DNA of 64,000 bases from Dehalococcoidia bacterium (GCA_002728715.1 PBVQ01000018.1:10015-74014); one strand, 5' to 3'; numbered from the stretch's first letter, positions 1 through 9,962 are shown. The notes: generated by a model from the letters alone, not told the origin. Made by a program: numbers and translations.

Positions 1-650
1 GTAGAAGAGCTGTTGATACATTGGCATATTCTGAAAAAGAGATAGAAAGAGTATTACGTGTAGCATTTGAACTAGCAAAATCTAGGAAAGGGATACTTCA
101 TTCACTAGATAAGGCTAATGTTATGGAATCTTCTAGATTATGGAGGCAAATTGCAATGGAAGTTGCGGTTGATTATCCTGATATAAAGCTCCACCACATG
201 TTAGCAGACTCAGCTGCTATGCAAATAATTACTAATCCCAATATTTTTGATGTTATTGTGGCTGAAAATACATTTGGAGATATTTTATCTGATGAAGCTG
301 CTGTAATCGGTGGTTCATTAGGCATGCTTCCCTCAGCCTCTTTATCATCATTACCTCCAAAGAGTGGTAGAAGACGAAGAGGTGGTAAGCCAGCATTGTA
401 TGAACCAATACATGGTTCAGCCCCAGATATAGCTGGTAGATCTGAAGCAAACCCAGTAGCATCTATACTTAGTGCAGCAATGATGCTAAGATGGTCATTT
501 GGACTCCATAAGGAAGCAGATGCTATTGAAGCAGGTGTTCAAGCATTATTAGATGAAGGATATAGAACATTTGATATTGCTTCTAAAGATGACAGGCCAT
601 TAACAACCAGTCAAGTTGGTAGCATGGTAGCTGGTTTAGTTAAGGGATAG
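1..650 (+). CDS. leuB: 3-isopropylmalate dehydrogenase, C-terminal part (gene continues off the left edge)
   Basis: Reading frame is open to the window edge. Motifs GDILSDEAAVIGGSLGMLPSASL and YEPIHGSAPDIAGRSEANPVASILSAAMMLRWS are typical of LeuB-type decarboxylating dehydrogenases. TAG stop at 648-650. Confidence 0.85.
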   Translation, partial: RRAVDTLAYSEKEIERVLRVAFELAKSRKGILHSLDKANVMESSRLWRQIAMEVAVDYPDIKLHHMLADSAAMQIITNPNIFDVIVAENTFGDILSDEAAVIGGSLGMLPSASLSSLPPKSGRRRRGGKPALYEPIHGSAPDIAGRSEANPVASILSAAMMLRWSFGLHKEADAIEAGVQALLDEGYRTFDIASKDDRPLTTSQVGSMVAGLVKG

Positions 651-652
651 AA

Positions 653-1846
653 TTAGTCAGCTGAAGGGTCATACTCAATAGGTCTATTAATATCCATCTC
701 ATTAGCGGCTAAATATTCTTCATTAAGATTGATTCCTATTCCTGGTGATTCGTCTAAATACAAATCTCCATTCTTGATATTTAATGGCTTATCTATCATT
801 TCGTTATAATAAGAAAGATCGAATCTTGAAGTTTCTAGCTTATAAAAATTCGGTACTGTCATCATTACTTGAGCCCCAGACATTACATTTATTGGCCCGC
901 TTGCATCGTGGGGTGAAATAGGAATATAGTATGCTTCGGCCATAGTTGCAATTTTTTTCAACTCAGTAATTCCTCCAGTCCAAGTTATATCAGGCATAAC
1001 AAAATCTGCAAGATTATTTTCAAAAATGGGAATAAACTCCCACCTAGTATGCAATCTTTCTCCAACTGATATTAGTGGCTTAACCTGCTCTTTTACCTGT
1101 TTTAAGGCTTTCCAACTTTCAGCTGGAACAGGTTCCTCAAACCAAAATATATTCCAGTCAGCCATCCTGTTAGCGAGTCTTGTAGCAGTTGGTACATTAT
1201 AAAGACCATGAGCATCAATAAGAATTTCAATTTTTGGTCCTACTGCTTCTCTAGCGGCTGCAACTATTTCTATCGCTTTTTCTTCCGCATCTGCACTAAT
1301 TTCACCATCAAGAAAAGTTGAATTTCCTACATGGAGATGATGCATCATTGGATCCATCTTAAAAGCCTTATATCCAGCATTAACAATATCTTTGGCATGC
1401 TTAGTTATATGCTCGGGATTCTCTGGTTCAGGAGGATGACAATATAATGCTATCTTATCTCTAACAGCTCCACCAAGTAATTTGTATACAGGCTGATTAA
1501 GCATTTTTCCTTTTATATCCCATAATGCAATATCTATACCACTTATAGCTGCACTTGTTGCACCTCTTGTACCGACATATGTCATACCTCTAAATATTTT
1601 ATTCCATATCCTTTCAATATCCTCAGGATCTTCTCCTACCAACCATGAACCAATTTGATCTACATAAGCAGATATAGCTCTGTTTGCTACTGGACCAGGA
1701 TAGGTTGTGATTTCCCCCCAACCAGTTATCCCCTCATCTGTATCAACCTGAATAAAAACAAAACCTCTATCCTTAATTTTTAGTTGATTGTCTATTTTTC
1801 TTGCAGGCTGCTTTACTACCCAAGATCTAGCTCTTGTTATTTTCAT
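653..1846 (-). CDS. enolase-superfamily enzyme (mandelate racemase / muconate lactonizing family, sugar-acid dehydratase-like)
   Basis: Motifs ITGWGE, GIDIALWDIKGK, FKMDP, LIDAHG, WFEEP and SPHD match the MR/MLE family. GGAGAA RBS lies just before the ATG at 1846; the track start at 1909 looks like an upstream extension. Confidence 0.8.
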   Translation of the reverse strand: MKITRARSWVVKQPARKIDNQLKIKDRGFVFIQVDTDEGITGWGEITTYPGPVANRAISAYVDQIGSWLVGEDPEDIERIWNKIFRGMTYVGTRGATSAAISGIDIALWDIKGKMLNQPVYKLLGGAVRDKIALYCHPPEPENPEHITKHAKDIVNAGYKAFKMDPMMHHLHVGNSTFLDGEISADAEEKAIEIVAAAREAVGPKIEILIDAHGLYNVPTATRLANRMADWNIFWFEEPVPAESWKALKQVKEQVKPLISVGERLHTRWEFIPIFENNLADFVMPDITWTGGITELKKIATMAEAYYIPISPHDASGPINVMSGAQVMMTVPNFYKLETSRFDLSYYNEMIDKPLNIKNGDLYLDESPGIGINLNEEYLAANEMDINRPIEYDPSAD

Positions 1847-1987
1847 GTTTTCTCCGATATGATTTAACTTTATATTTATGAATTTATAACATTTATTTAT
1901 TTTTTGCAAAATATTTCAAAGATTATTTAGATATAATTTTTGGTATTATTATTTTGAAGTAGTTACTTAAGGGGTAAGGGGACTTTT

Positions 1988-4330
1988 ATGAATCTAGAAT
2001 CATACCTGCCAGATTATACAAAAAATATCACTATTGATTCCCTTAATGATCAAGTAAAAATTTATCGAGATAATTGGGGGATTCCTCATATAGAAGCTAG
2101 TACTCAATATGATTTATTTTTTGCTCAAGGATTTGCAACTGCTCAAGATAGATTATTTCAAATGGATTTGGATAGATTGAGATGCTTAGGTAGATCCTCA
2201 GAATATTTAGGTTTAAAAGGAATTTCAAATGACAAATTAAATTTAAAACGAAATTTTGAGATAGTCGCTAAAGCTGACCTAAAGAAAGCAAGCTCAAATG
2301 CAAAACAAATGATTGAAGCATATACAATGGGAGTTAATTTTTATATAAATACTATAGATAACCTTCCTTTCGAATATCATCTTCTAGATACTAAGCCAGA
2401 GCCTTGGGAACTTTGGCATTCCATATTGGTTTATAAAATTAGAAATGCTGCTGAAGGGTCTTTCAATGGAAAACTCTTTTACTCTCAACTAGCAAAAGAG
2501 ATAGGTGAAGAAAAGGCAGCAAAGCTTATTCCAGGATATTTCCCTGGTGCATTATTAACATTACCACCAGGTGAAAAATATACAGGTCAGATAGAAAATG
2601 CAATTAAAGAATTATCTGAAGCTGCTAGAAACTTCAAAGCAATAGGAGCTATAGATGGGGAATCCAATGGTTGGTCGATATCAGGCAATAAAACGTATTC
2701 TGACTTTCCTCTTGTTGCAGGAGATTCTCACAGAGCTTTAGATACACCTAATGTATACTATCAGGTTCATCTAAAATGTGATGATTTTGAAGGGATTGGA
2801 TATACTATACCAGGATATCCTGGATTTATGCATTTTGCTCATAATAAAAACGTAGCATGGGGTATGACTCATGGTGGAGCAGACACACAAGATTTATTTT
2901 TAGAAAAACTTAGATATAAAAATAATAAAATACAATTTTTTTATGAAGATAAATGGTTAGACACTAAAATATATAAGAAAATTATAAATCCCAGAAATTC
3001 AGAATCTATAAATATTGAAATTATTGAAACATATAATGGTAATATTATATTTGGAGGACCTGAAAAACATTATGGTATTTCTTTATCAGATCCTGGAGGA
3101 AAAACTGCTGGTACATATTGGATTGACTCTGCATATGAGGCAATGATATCTAAATCTGCAGACGATCTTGAAAAAGCATTTGATAAATGGACTGACAGAA
3201 CCAACAATTATCCATACGGTGATAATGATAAAAATTTTGGGTATAAATTCGCAGGTGCGGTACCTGTTAGGGATCAACAGCATCATTGGGGAATAGCAAA
3301 AGGATGGGATCCAAAAAATATAGTTAATAAAGAAATTCCAAGAGAAGATTTACCCAAGTCTAGAAATCCTAAAGTCGGATGGGTGGTAACTTGTAATCAA
3401 AAGGTAGTTGACTCGGATTATCCTTATTTTATGTCGATAGCTTTTGCTCCTGAGTACAGGGCCAAGGTTTTAGTAAATTACATTAATAATTGTTCAAAAA
3501 AAATGGACATAAGTAATATGCTAGAGATGCACAATCAAATACTTTCTATTCCTGCTATGAAAATGATCAATTTTTCTAAAAAAATCGATATAAATAATAA
3601 AGGATTTTCTAACATAGAAAAAATATCATTTAAATCACTTAATCAATGGGATTTTAATATGGATAAAGAAAGCTATGAAGCTTGTATTTATACAGTAACT
3701 AAAGAGATGCTGATAGAGAAAATAATTTCAATTAACTATGGCTCACTTAGTGGAGAAATTATAAATTGGGGCAACGAAGGAGGAATATCTCATGTTAGAA
3801 GATTTCTTGTTCCTTTAATAAATGAGAATATTGGTGTTAAAGACAGTTTTTTGATAGGTGATTTGACATGGGAGGAATTATTTTTAGATGCCTTTAGAAA
3901 GGCTATTGCTTTTTTAAGAGATAAATATGGAGACAGTATTTTCGACTGGAAATGGGGTGTTCTTCATACAACAAATCATACACATCCTCTGAGTTCAGAA
4001 TTTCAGGAATATTCCGATATTTTGAATCCAAAAAAGGTGCCAGCAAGTGGAGATAACGATACACCTTTAGCCGGAAGTTACGATAGAAATTTTAAAGTTT
4101 CAGCAGCATCAGTTAATAGGTATGCTCACGACATAAGTAACTGGGAAAATAGTAGATGGATTGTGCCATTAGGTGCCTCTGGAAATCCAGGGTCAAAACA
4201 TTATTTTGATCAACTAGAACTTTGGGCGAATGGAGAAACTATACCTCAACTATGGAATTGGAATGAAATAAAGAATAATAATGAAACTATACAAATACTT
4301 ACTTCCAAAAAATTATCTAAATTTCAATAA
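1988..4330 (+). CDS. penicillin / acyl-homoserine-lactone acylase family (Ntn hydrolase, peptidase S45)
   Basis: N-terminal RDNWGIPHIEA..FFAQGFATAQDRLFQMD block, GESNGW nucleophile region and C-terminal GASGNPGSKHYFDQLELWANGE block. No obvious N-terminal signal peptide. Confidence 0.8.
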   Translation: MNLESYLPDYTKNITIDSLNDQVKIYRDNWGIPHIEASTQYDLFFAQGFATAQDRLFQMDLDRLRCLGRSSEYLGLKGISNDKLNLKRNFEIVAKADLKKASSNAKQMIEAYTMGVNFYINTIDNLPFEYHLLDTKPEPWELWHSILVYKIRNAAEGSFNGKLFYSQLAKEIGEEKAAKLIPGYFPGALLTLPPGEKYTGQIENAIKELSEAARNFKAIGAIDGESNGWSISGNKTYSDFPLVAGDSHRALDTPNVYYQVHLKCDDFEGIGYTIPGYPGFMHFAHNKNVAWGMTHGGADTQDLFLEKLRYKNNKIQFFYEDKWLDTKIYKKIINPRNSESINIEIIETYNGNIIFGGPEKHYGISLSDPGGKTAGTYWIDSAYEAMISKSADDLEKAFDKWTDRTNNYPYGDNDKNFGYKFAGAVPVRDQQHHWGIAKGWDPKNIVNKEIPREDLPKSRNPKVGWVVTCNQKVVDSDYPYFMSIAFAPEYRAKVLVNYINNCSKKMDISNMLEMHNQILSIPAMKMINFSKKIDINNKGFSNIEKISFKSLNQWDFNMDKESYEACIYTVTKEMLIEKIISINYGSLSGEIINWGNEGGISHVRRFLVPLINENIGVKDSFLIGDLTWEELFLDAFRKAIAFLRDKYGDSIFDWKWGVLHTTNHTHPLSSEFQEYSDILNPKKVPASGDNDTPLAGSYDRNFKVSAASVNRYAHDISNWENSRWIVPLGASGNPGSKHYFDQLELWANGETIPQLWNWNEIKNNNETIQILTSKKLSKFQ

Positions 4331-5104
4331 TACTTCACCTAAAGCATCAAATGATGCTATGATTTCATCATTTTTACTTACCCATTTAGTTTGAGTAATA
4401 CTTCCTAGCATTACAATTTCTCCTTGCCTAAGAAATTTATCTTTTTTTTGTAAGTTATTAATTAACCAACTAAGAGCATTAATTGGATGCTTCATTATAT
4501 TTTTCGTATTTCCTTCGGAGATTTGACATTCATTTATTACAAGCTTTCCTGTCAAGTCGTCTAGATTATTGATCTTATGGTATGGCACAGGATTACCAAG
4601 TATTATTTCAGAAGCAAAAAAATCATCAGCAATTAAGCTATTTTTATCCATTATTTTGTAGTCTATCCATCTGTTGTCAACTATTTCTATAGCAGGAAAA
4701 ACGGTTAATTTATCTAGTGGGATTTCGTCAATAGTTGTTTCATTAGCGAATTTGAAATCTTCGTTAATAAAAACTGCAATCTCGATTTCAACTCCAGGCA
4801 TGCTAAAATCCTCAAAGTTTTTATTTGCAGAAATATAATTTGTGCCTGTATTAATAATTCCACCGTAGCATGGTTCATTGATACCTAAGTACTTTCTCAT
4901 CACAGAAGAAGTACATCCAATTTTATATCCTATACGCTTCCCAAAATTTATTTCCTCAAATATATTATGCGTCTGCTCTTGAATTTTATATGCATCATTG
5001 ATATTTTTAGGTTTTAATTTATCGGGAATTTCCTTTAATTGTTGTTTTTTTATTCTATTTAGAGCTAGTATTCCAGCTGACATTTTAATATTTTTTGGGT
5101 TCAT
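4313..5104 (-). CDS. 2-keto-4-pentenoate hydratase / fumarylacetoacetate-hydrolase-fold protein
   Basis: GKRIGYKIGCTSSVMRKYLGINEPCYGGI resembles the MhpD/HpcG-type hydratase signature. Its 3' end overlaps the convergent acylase gene by 18 nt. Confidence 0.6.
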   Translation of the reverse strand: MNPKNIKMSAGILALNRIKKQQLKEIPDKLKPKNINDAYKIQEQTHNIFEEINFGKRIGYKIGCTSSVMRKYLGINEPCYGGIINTGTNYISANKNFEDFSMPGVEIEIAVFINEDFKFANETTIDEIPLDKLTVFPAIEIVDNRWIDYKIMDKNSLIADDFFASEIILGNPVPYHKINNLDDLTGKLVINECQISEGNTKNIMKHPINALSWLINNLQKKDKFLRQGEIVMLGSITQTKWVSKNDEIIASFDALGEVLLKFR

Positions 5105-5123
5105 TGAGGACTTCGAGTATTTT

Positions 5124-6746
5124 TTATTTATGAGAGCTGTTGATATTGTGTTTGTTTATCCACCATTCAAAACTATCACTAAGAGCTAGCCAGCTAGCTT
5201 CCAAAATATTGCTTGATGCACCTACTGTGTACCATACATTTTTATCGTCTGCAGATTCAATAATTACTCTAACAATTGAGCCAGTTCCTGAACCTTCATT
5301 CACTACTCTGACTTTGTAATCTGTTAAACGAATTGCTCTTAATTCAGGATAAGAATTTAATAATCCTTTTCTAAGAGCTTGATCAAGGGCATCCACGGGG
5401 CCATTGCCTTCAGCGGCAGTGTGATGTACATCTTCATTGATTCTAACTTTAACAGTTGCTTCTGATAACATTTCATGTTCTACACCATCATTTCTCCATC
5501 CTATCCCAAAAGATGATCTTCTTTTATTTTCAACAATAACCATAAAGTCGACAAGCTCAAATGGAGATTCATAATTGGGTAAAAATTGATTTAATATCAA
5601 TTCAAATGAAGCCTCAGCACCCTCATAAGAAAAACCTTTTGATTCTCTCTCTTTTATAAAATTTACAATTTTTATTGCATCTTCATTGCCTAAGATATTG
5701 TCAAGATTAAGTTCTTTTATTCTATTTATAATATTACTCTTACCTGATAATTCTGAGATAACAACACCATTAGAATTTCCAACAAGTCCAGGATCTATAT
5801 GTTGATATGCGTTTACTTGTTTTTCAGTTCCAGATGCATGTAACCCTCCTTTGTGAGCAAATGCACTTGATCCTACGAATGGCTGAAACTGAAAAGGTCT
5901 TCTATTAGCTTTCTCAGCTACAAAATTTGCAAGCTCAGTTAGTTTTGAAACATTTTCATCGTCAATTGCATCTATGTTCATCTTAAGTTTAAGATTTCCA
6001 ATTATGCTAACGATATTTGCATTTCCAGTTCGTTCACCATATCCATTAACACAACCTTGTATTTGAATTGCACCTGCTTCATAAGCTGCTATTGCAGATG
6101 CAACGGCTGTATCTGTATCATTATGTGTATGAATTCCTAATATTGCACTTTTTGGTAAAGCATTGGTTACCTCTTTGGTGATTTTATAAATCTCACTAGG
6201 TAATGTCCCTCCATTTGTATCACACAAGATTAATCTTTCAGCTCCATTGTTATGAGCTATCCTTAAGACATCTATAGAGTATTCTGGATTTGATTTATAT
6301 CCATCAAAAAAATGTTCAGCATCAAAAAATACAACTCTGTTTTTTGATTTTAAGTATGAAATAGAATCTGCTATCATATTTATATTTTCTTCAAGTGAAG
6401 TTTGTAGAATATTCTCAACTTGGAAGTCTGATGCTTTACCAACAATAGTTAAAATTTGAGCTTTAGTATCAATTAGAGCTTTAAGTGTTGGGTCAGATTC
6501 AGAATTATTATTAGCCCGTCTAGTGTTTCCAAATGCTGCAATTTTAGCATTCTTAAGTTGAAGTTTTTGAACTTTTTTGAAGTACTCATCATCTTTAGGA
6601 TTAGCTCCTGCAAAGCCACCTTCGATATAATGTACTCCTATTTCGTCTAATTTTTTAGTTATTGCTAGTTTGTCCTCAACAGAAAGAGATATTCCTTCTT
6701 GTTGAGTCCCGTCTCGCAACGTAGAATCATATATTTCAATTTTCAA
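5124..6746 (-). CDS. cimA: (R)-citramalate synthase / 2-isopropylmalate synthase family
   Basis: N-terminus IYDSTLRDGTQQEGISLSVEDKL, HTHNDTDTAVA and a LeuA-dimer-like C-terminal regulatory domain. The ~540 aa length is typical of CimA-type enzymes. Confidence 0.85.
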   Translation of the reverse strand: MKIEIYDSTLRDGTQQEGISLSVEDKLAITKKLDEIGVHYIEGGFAGANPKDDEYFKKVQKLQLKNAKIAAFGNTRRANNNSESDPTLKALIDTKAQILTIVGKASDFQVENILQTSLEENINMIADSISYLKSKNRVVFFDAEHFFDGYKSNPEYSIDVLRIAHNNGAERLILCDTNGGTLPSEIYKITKEVTNALPKSAILGIHTHNDTDTAVASAIAAYEAGAIQIQGCVNGYGERTGNANIVSIIGNLKLKMNIDAIDDENVSKLTELANFVAEKANRRPFQFQPFVGSSAFAHKGGLHASGTEKQVNAYQHIDPGLVGNSNGVVISELSGKSNIINRIKELNLDNILGNEDAIKIVNFIKERESKGFSYEGAEASFELILNQFLPNYESPFELVDFMVIVENKRRSSFGIGWRNDGVEHEMLSEATVKVRINEDVHHTAAEGNGPVDALDQALRKGLLNSYPELRAIRLTDYKVRVVNEGSGTGSIVRVIIESADDKNVWYTVGASSNILEASWLALSDSFEWWINKHNINSSHK

Positions 6747-6832
6747 TTATTATTCCAATTTAAAATTTATAAAATATTATTTTATCATTACTTGTGTCAT
6801 GAGAATAAATTTTTTAGTAATTTTTTTCATTT

Positions 6833-7702
6833 TTAATAATTGTATATGATGTTACTAGATATGTACTTAACAATTTTTTTATTTCCAGATAAGATAAGTC
6901 CTTTCCAGTTTTGTATAGAACTATAAGTATCCTCGTCATTTAAGTAGCCTTTTGACCATCCTTGGAAATTAATGAACTTATTTTCTTTTTCAGAATATTT
7001 CATTACGCTTCCTCCAGCTTCTTTTATCAATAGTATTCCTGCTGCGAAATCCCAACTATGAGCATAGCCGCTAATTGCATATTGCATTTGATTATTAGCT
7101 ACTAGAAAAAGTTCATAACATGTACTGCCTAGATTTCTAATTTCTCCCAAATTCCCAATTAATTTGTCAGATAACATAAATTTGTTTTTTAACCATTTTG
7201 GATTTCCTGATAATATACCTTTTTTGGGTAATTCAAAACTATGATTAATATCTATTTTTTTGTCATTTATCCAGGTACCTTGACCTTTTATTGCAAACAT
7301 AATAGTTTTTTTATGCTTAATACTTGGTATTGTTATAGATGATGCAACAGGTGTCCCTTTATGTAATATTGCTATTGATATTGCAAACATTGGTAGTTTA
7401 TTAACATAATTAGTTGTTCCATCTATTGGGTCTACGATCCACATCCAATCTTTTGCTTTTTTTTCGTTGTAATCTGAATCTTCTTCTCCAAGTAAAACAT
7501 GATCAGGGAAATTTTTTATCATTACTTTATATACTATTTCTTGGCTTTTTTTATCTATGCTGGTTACTAAGTTTTCTCCCTCAATAATTCCCTTGTTAAA
7601 CACATCAAAATCTTCTTCGAAATTTTTTATAACGTATTCGCTTGCAGAATTTGAAGCCTCAAGTAATGCATTTTTTAGTTTTTTTGTTAAAGATTTGTCC
7701 AT
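6833..7702 (-). CDS. inositol monophosphatase family protein (SuhB / possible HisN-type phosphatase)
   Basis: Motifs LLGEE, WIVDPIDGTTNY and WDFAAG are diagnostic of the IMPase family. Confidence 0.8.
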   Translation of the reverse strand: MDKSLTKKLKNALLEASNSASEYVIKNFEEDFDVFNKGIIEGENLVTSIDKKSQEIVYKVMIKNFPDHVLLGEEDSDYNEKKAKDWMWIVDPIDGTTNYVNKLPMFAISIAILHKGTPVASSITIPSIKHKKTIMFAIKGQGTWINDKKIDINHSFELPKKGILSGNPKWLKNKFMLSDKLIGNLGEIRNLGSTCYELFLVANNQMQYAISGYAHSWDFAAGILLIKEAGGSVMKYSEKENKFINFQGWSKGYLNDEDTYSSIQNWKGLILSGNKKIVKYISSNIIYNY

Positions 7703-7773
7703 TGTTAGAGAATTAAAAATGTAAAAATAATAAGATTAATATTATAATTATAAAAACTATAAAGGAACCTTTC

Positions 7774-8679
7774 ATGAATTCTAACCCAGTTACTAAATTT
7801 CATAAAGACAAAAGTTTAATTTTTAGAATGTATTTTACGATATTTATGCTAGGGATTTTATACGCAATTTTTTCTCTATTCTTACTTGCTAGTGGTGTCC
7901 CTGTAACTTTTATTGTTCTAATTGTTGGAGGAATGGTGGTTTTTCAATATTACACTTCCGATAAACTTTTATTAAAAAGCACGGGAGCTAAAATTATTGA
8001 CGAAAAATCAGATCAAGCTCTTTTTGATACAGTTCGAAACTTAGCAAATAACTATGGTATGCCTATGCCTAAAATTGCAGTGATTGAGTCTAAAGTTCCA
8101 AATGCTTTTGCAACAGGAAGAAATCCTGACAATTCTGTTGTTGCAGTTACGACAGGTATTAGAGAAAGATTAACTGAATTAGAACTTAGAGCTGTACTAG
8201 GTCATGAATTAGCCCATGTTTCTAATCAGGATATGAAAGTATTAGCTATTGCTAATTTCTTGACTACTATAACTAGTTTCTTGATGACAATGTTTTTTTG
8301 GAATATGATGTTTGGAGGAATGGGGAGAAATAGGAATAATGGTTCAGGCGGTTTCATGGTAGTTTATTTGGTTACAATCATTGTTTATTTTATAGGGCAG
8401 CTTCTTGTTTTAGCTCTCACCCGTCATAGGGAGTACGGAGCAGATCATACTGGTGCTGAGATAACTGGAGATCCAGAGTCATTAGCTAATGCCCTTGAAA
8501 AAATCAGTGGGTCACTTGCGAGAATTCCAGATCAAGACCTTAGAAAATTACAAACAGCTAATGCTTTTCTTATAATACCTTCAGCATTAAAAGGTGAGGG
8601 CTCGATGAATCTTTTTTCTACTCATCCACCCGTCGAAGAAAGAGTTAAGAGGCTTAGAAACTTAAAACATAGGTTTTAG
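7774..8679 (+). CDS. htpX: membrane zinc metalloprotease HtpX (peptidase M48)
   Basis: HELAHV zinc motif, NAFATG, multiple TM segments and C-terminal STHPPVEERV. Confidence 0.85.
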   Translation: MNSNPVTKFHKDKSLIFRMYFTIFMLGILYAIFSLFLLASGVPVTFIVLIVGGMVVFQYYTSDKLLLKSTGAKIIDEKSDQALFDTVRNLANNYGMPMPKIAVIESKVPNAFATGRNPDNSVVAVTTGIRERLTELELRAVLGHELAHVSNQDMKVLAIANFLTTITSFLMTMFFWNMMFGGMGRNRNNGSGGFMVVYLVTIIVYFIGQLLVLALTRHREYGADHTGAEITGDPESLANALEKISGSLARIPDQDLRKLQTANAFLIIPSALKGEGSMNLFSTHPPVEERVKRLRNLKHRF

Positions 8680-8680
8680 G

Positions 8681-9292
8681 TTGATAAATAAAATACTCCA
8701 TATTCTTAAAAATCCAAGCAAAAATCTTAACGATTGGGATATTCTAATTACTTTAGATAAAGCATATAGAGAACTCTATAGTAGAGGAGAAATTTCTGCT
8801 GCTAGAAAAGCTGGAGTTGTCTTTCATCCTGATGACAAAAATTTATATCTTTCAAATTTACAAAAAGAATTGAATACTGCTCTTTACACTGGTGAAGGAT
8901 CTACAAAAACCTCTTTTAGTATTCTGGATGATTCCCACTCCACAAAATGGATAGTATTGGAAGATGGAAAATTCTATGATTTGCTATCAAGTGTATTTAC
9001 TGTTGGAAATGCAATACGCAGCAATGGTGGAGGAGAAAATATAATAGGCTTAGTTTTTGAATTTTTTTTCATGGATAAACAAAACTCTCAAGAAAATATT
9101 GAAACAACGAAAGTTTACCTAATATACAGGTATGACCTAAAAGCTTTTTATCCATTTGTACCCACAGGAGATACGAAAGGTGAAAGAAATAGAATTATTG
9201 AGAATAGACTAGGTTATGCTTTGAAAAATTATGGAATAATAATTGAACGAAGTTTAGAAAAATGGCTCGGTTTATGGGGGATTCCTTTTTAA
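8681..9292 (+). CDS. hypothetical protein, apparently translationally coupled to htpX
   Basis: 203-aa ORF starting (TTG) 1 nt after the htpX stop. I recognise no family. The next ORF starts 3 nt after its stop. Confidence 0.5.
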   Translation: MINKILHILKNPSKNLNDWDILITLDKAYRELYSRGEISAARKAGVVFHPDDKNLYLSNLQKELNTALYTGEGSTKTSFSILDDSHSTKWIVLEDGKFYDLLSSVFTVGNAIRSNGGGENIIGLVFEFFFMDKQNSQENIETTKVYLIYRYDLKAFYPFVPTGDTKGERNRIIENRLGYALKNYGIIIERSLEKWLGLWGIPF

Positions 9293-9295
9293 ACT

Positions 9296-9922
9296 ATGGC
9301 AAATAAATTACATAACTCAGAGGTTGGGATTTTCACATCAATTAATGGGGAAAAAACAATATTAGACCAGTTAGTTAATGACATAAATGAATATGGTTCT
9401 AATGCTGTAAACATAAGATTAAGATCAAAATCTACAAAATTATCATCGCTGATTATAGTTAGTGATGAAGATTTCGAAATTAAAGAAAAAATAATGGCTC
9501 GAGAAATACTTAATGAATCCCTTTTGGCAAATATACCTATTCTTTGTATTAATTGGGGCATGTATTTATTTAACTCTTTTTTTGGAGGAGGTGATCCAAT
9601 TTTGATGAAGGATCATCATCAGCATAATGGAGAAAATTTTAAACATCCTGTATTTATATCTCCCGGAGGGAAGTTGTCATACACAATTGGTGGATCAGGC
9701 TGGGTAACTATACCTTCAGAACATAAATTTGGATTGTCACATAAGGAACTTTCAAGTAAACTAATATCCACTGTTTATTCAGAAGACATGATACTTCATG
9801 GAATTGAACTTCCAGGAAAAAACTGGGTAGTTGGTGTTCAATGGCAGGCTCATAAAATTGATGATAATCCTAAAGGCTTTGATAACCTCTTACGTTATAT
9901 ATCTGACATACCTAAGATTTAA
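9296..9922 (+). CDS. class I glutamine amidotransferase / peptidase C26-like protein with degenerate catalytic triad
   Basis: PILCINWGMYLFNSFFGG aligns with the GICRGxQ nucleophile elbow (Cys replaced by Asn). VVGVQWQAH aligns with GVQWHPE (His replaced by Gln, Glu by His). Confidence 0.55.
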   Translation: MANKLHNSEVGIFTSINGEKTILDQLVNDINEYGSNAVNIRLRSKSTKLSSLIIVSDEDFEIKEKIMAREILNESLLANIPILCINWGMYLFNSFFGGGDPILMKDHHQHNGENFKHPVFISPGGKLSYTIGGSGWVTIPSEHKFGLSHKELSSKLISTVYSEDMILHGIELPGKNWVVGVQWQAHKIDDNPKGFDNLLRYISDIPKI

Positions 9923-9942
9923 GTTTCCATACAAAAATGATC

Positions 9943-9962
9943 CGCGCGCGCACACGCGCGCG
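9943..9962. other. perfect alternating pyrimidine-purine GC tract CGCGCGCGCACACGCGCGCG (8-bp stem, CACA loop; Z-DNA-prone)
   Basis: Read directly from the sequence, in the 91-nt gap between the ORF ending at 9922 and gyrA. It is an extreme GC outlier in an AT-rich window. Confidence 0.9.

Noticed and set aside
1847-1909. Longer 5' extensions proposed by the ORF track (1909, 10014, 23838, 32453, 53512, 56718, 58482, 62757)
   Set aside because: The extensions add non-homologous, often Ile/Lys-rich residues, overlap upstream genes or lack an RBS. Internal ATG or TTG codons coincide with the conserved N-termini and with RBS-like GGAG/AGGT sequences.
9943-9962. GC hairpin as a classical rho-independent terminator of the htpX operon
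   Set aside because: On the plus strand the stem is followed by AGACAAGTTTGC, not a U-tract. The T-run lies on the opposite strand, where no gene reads into it. It is therefore kept as an unusual structural element rather than called a terminator.
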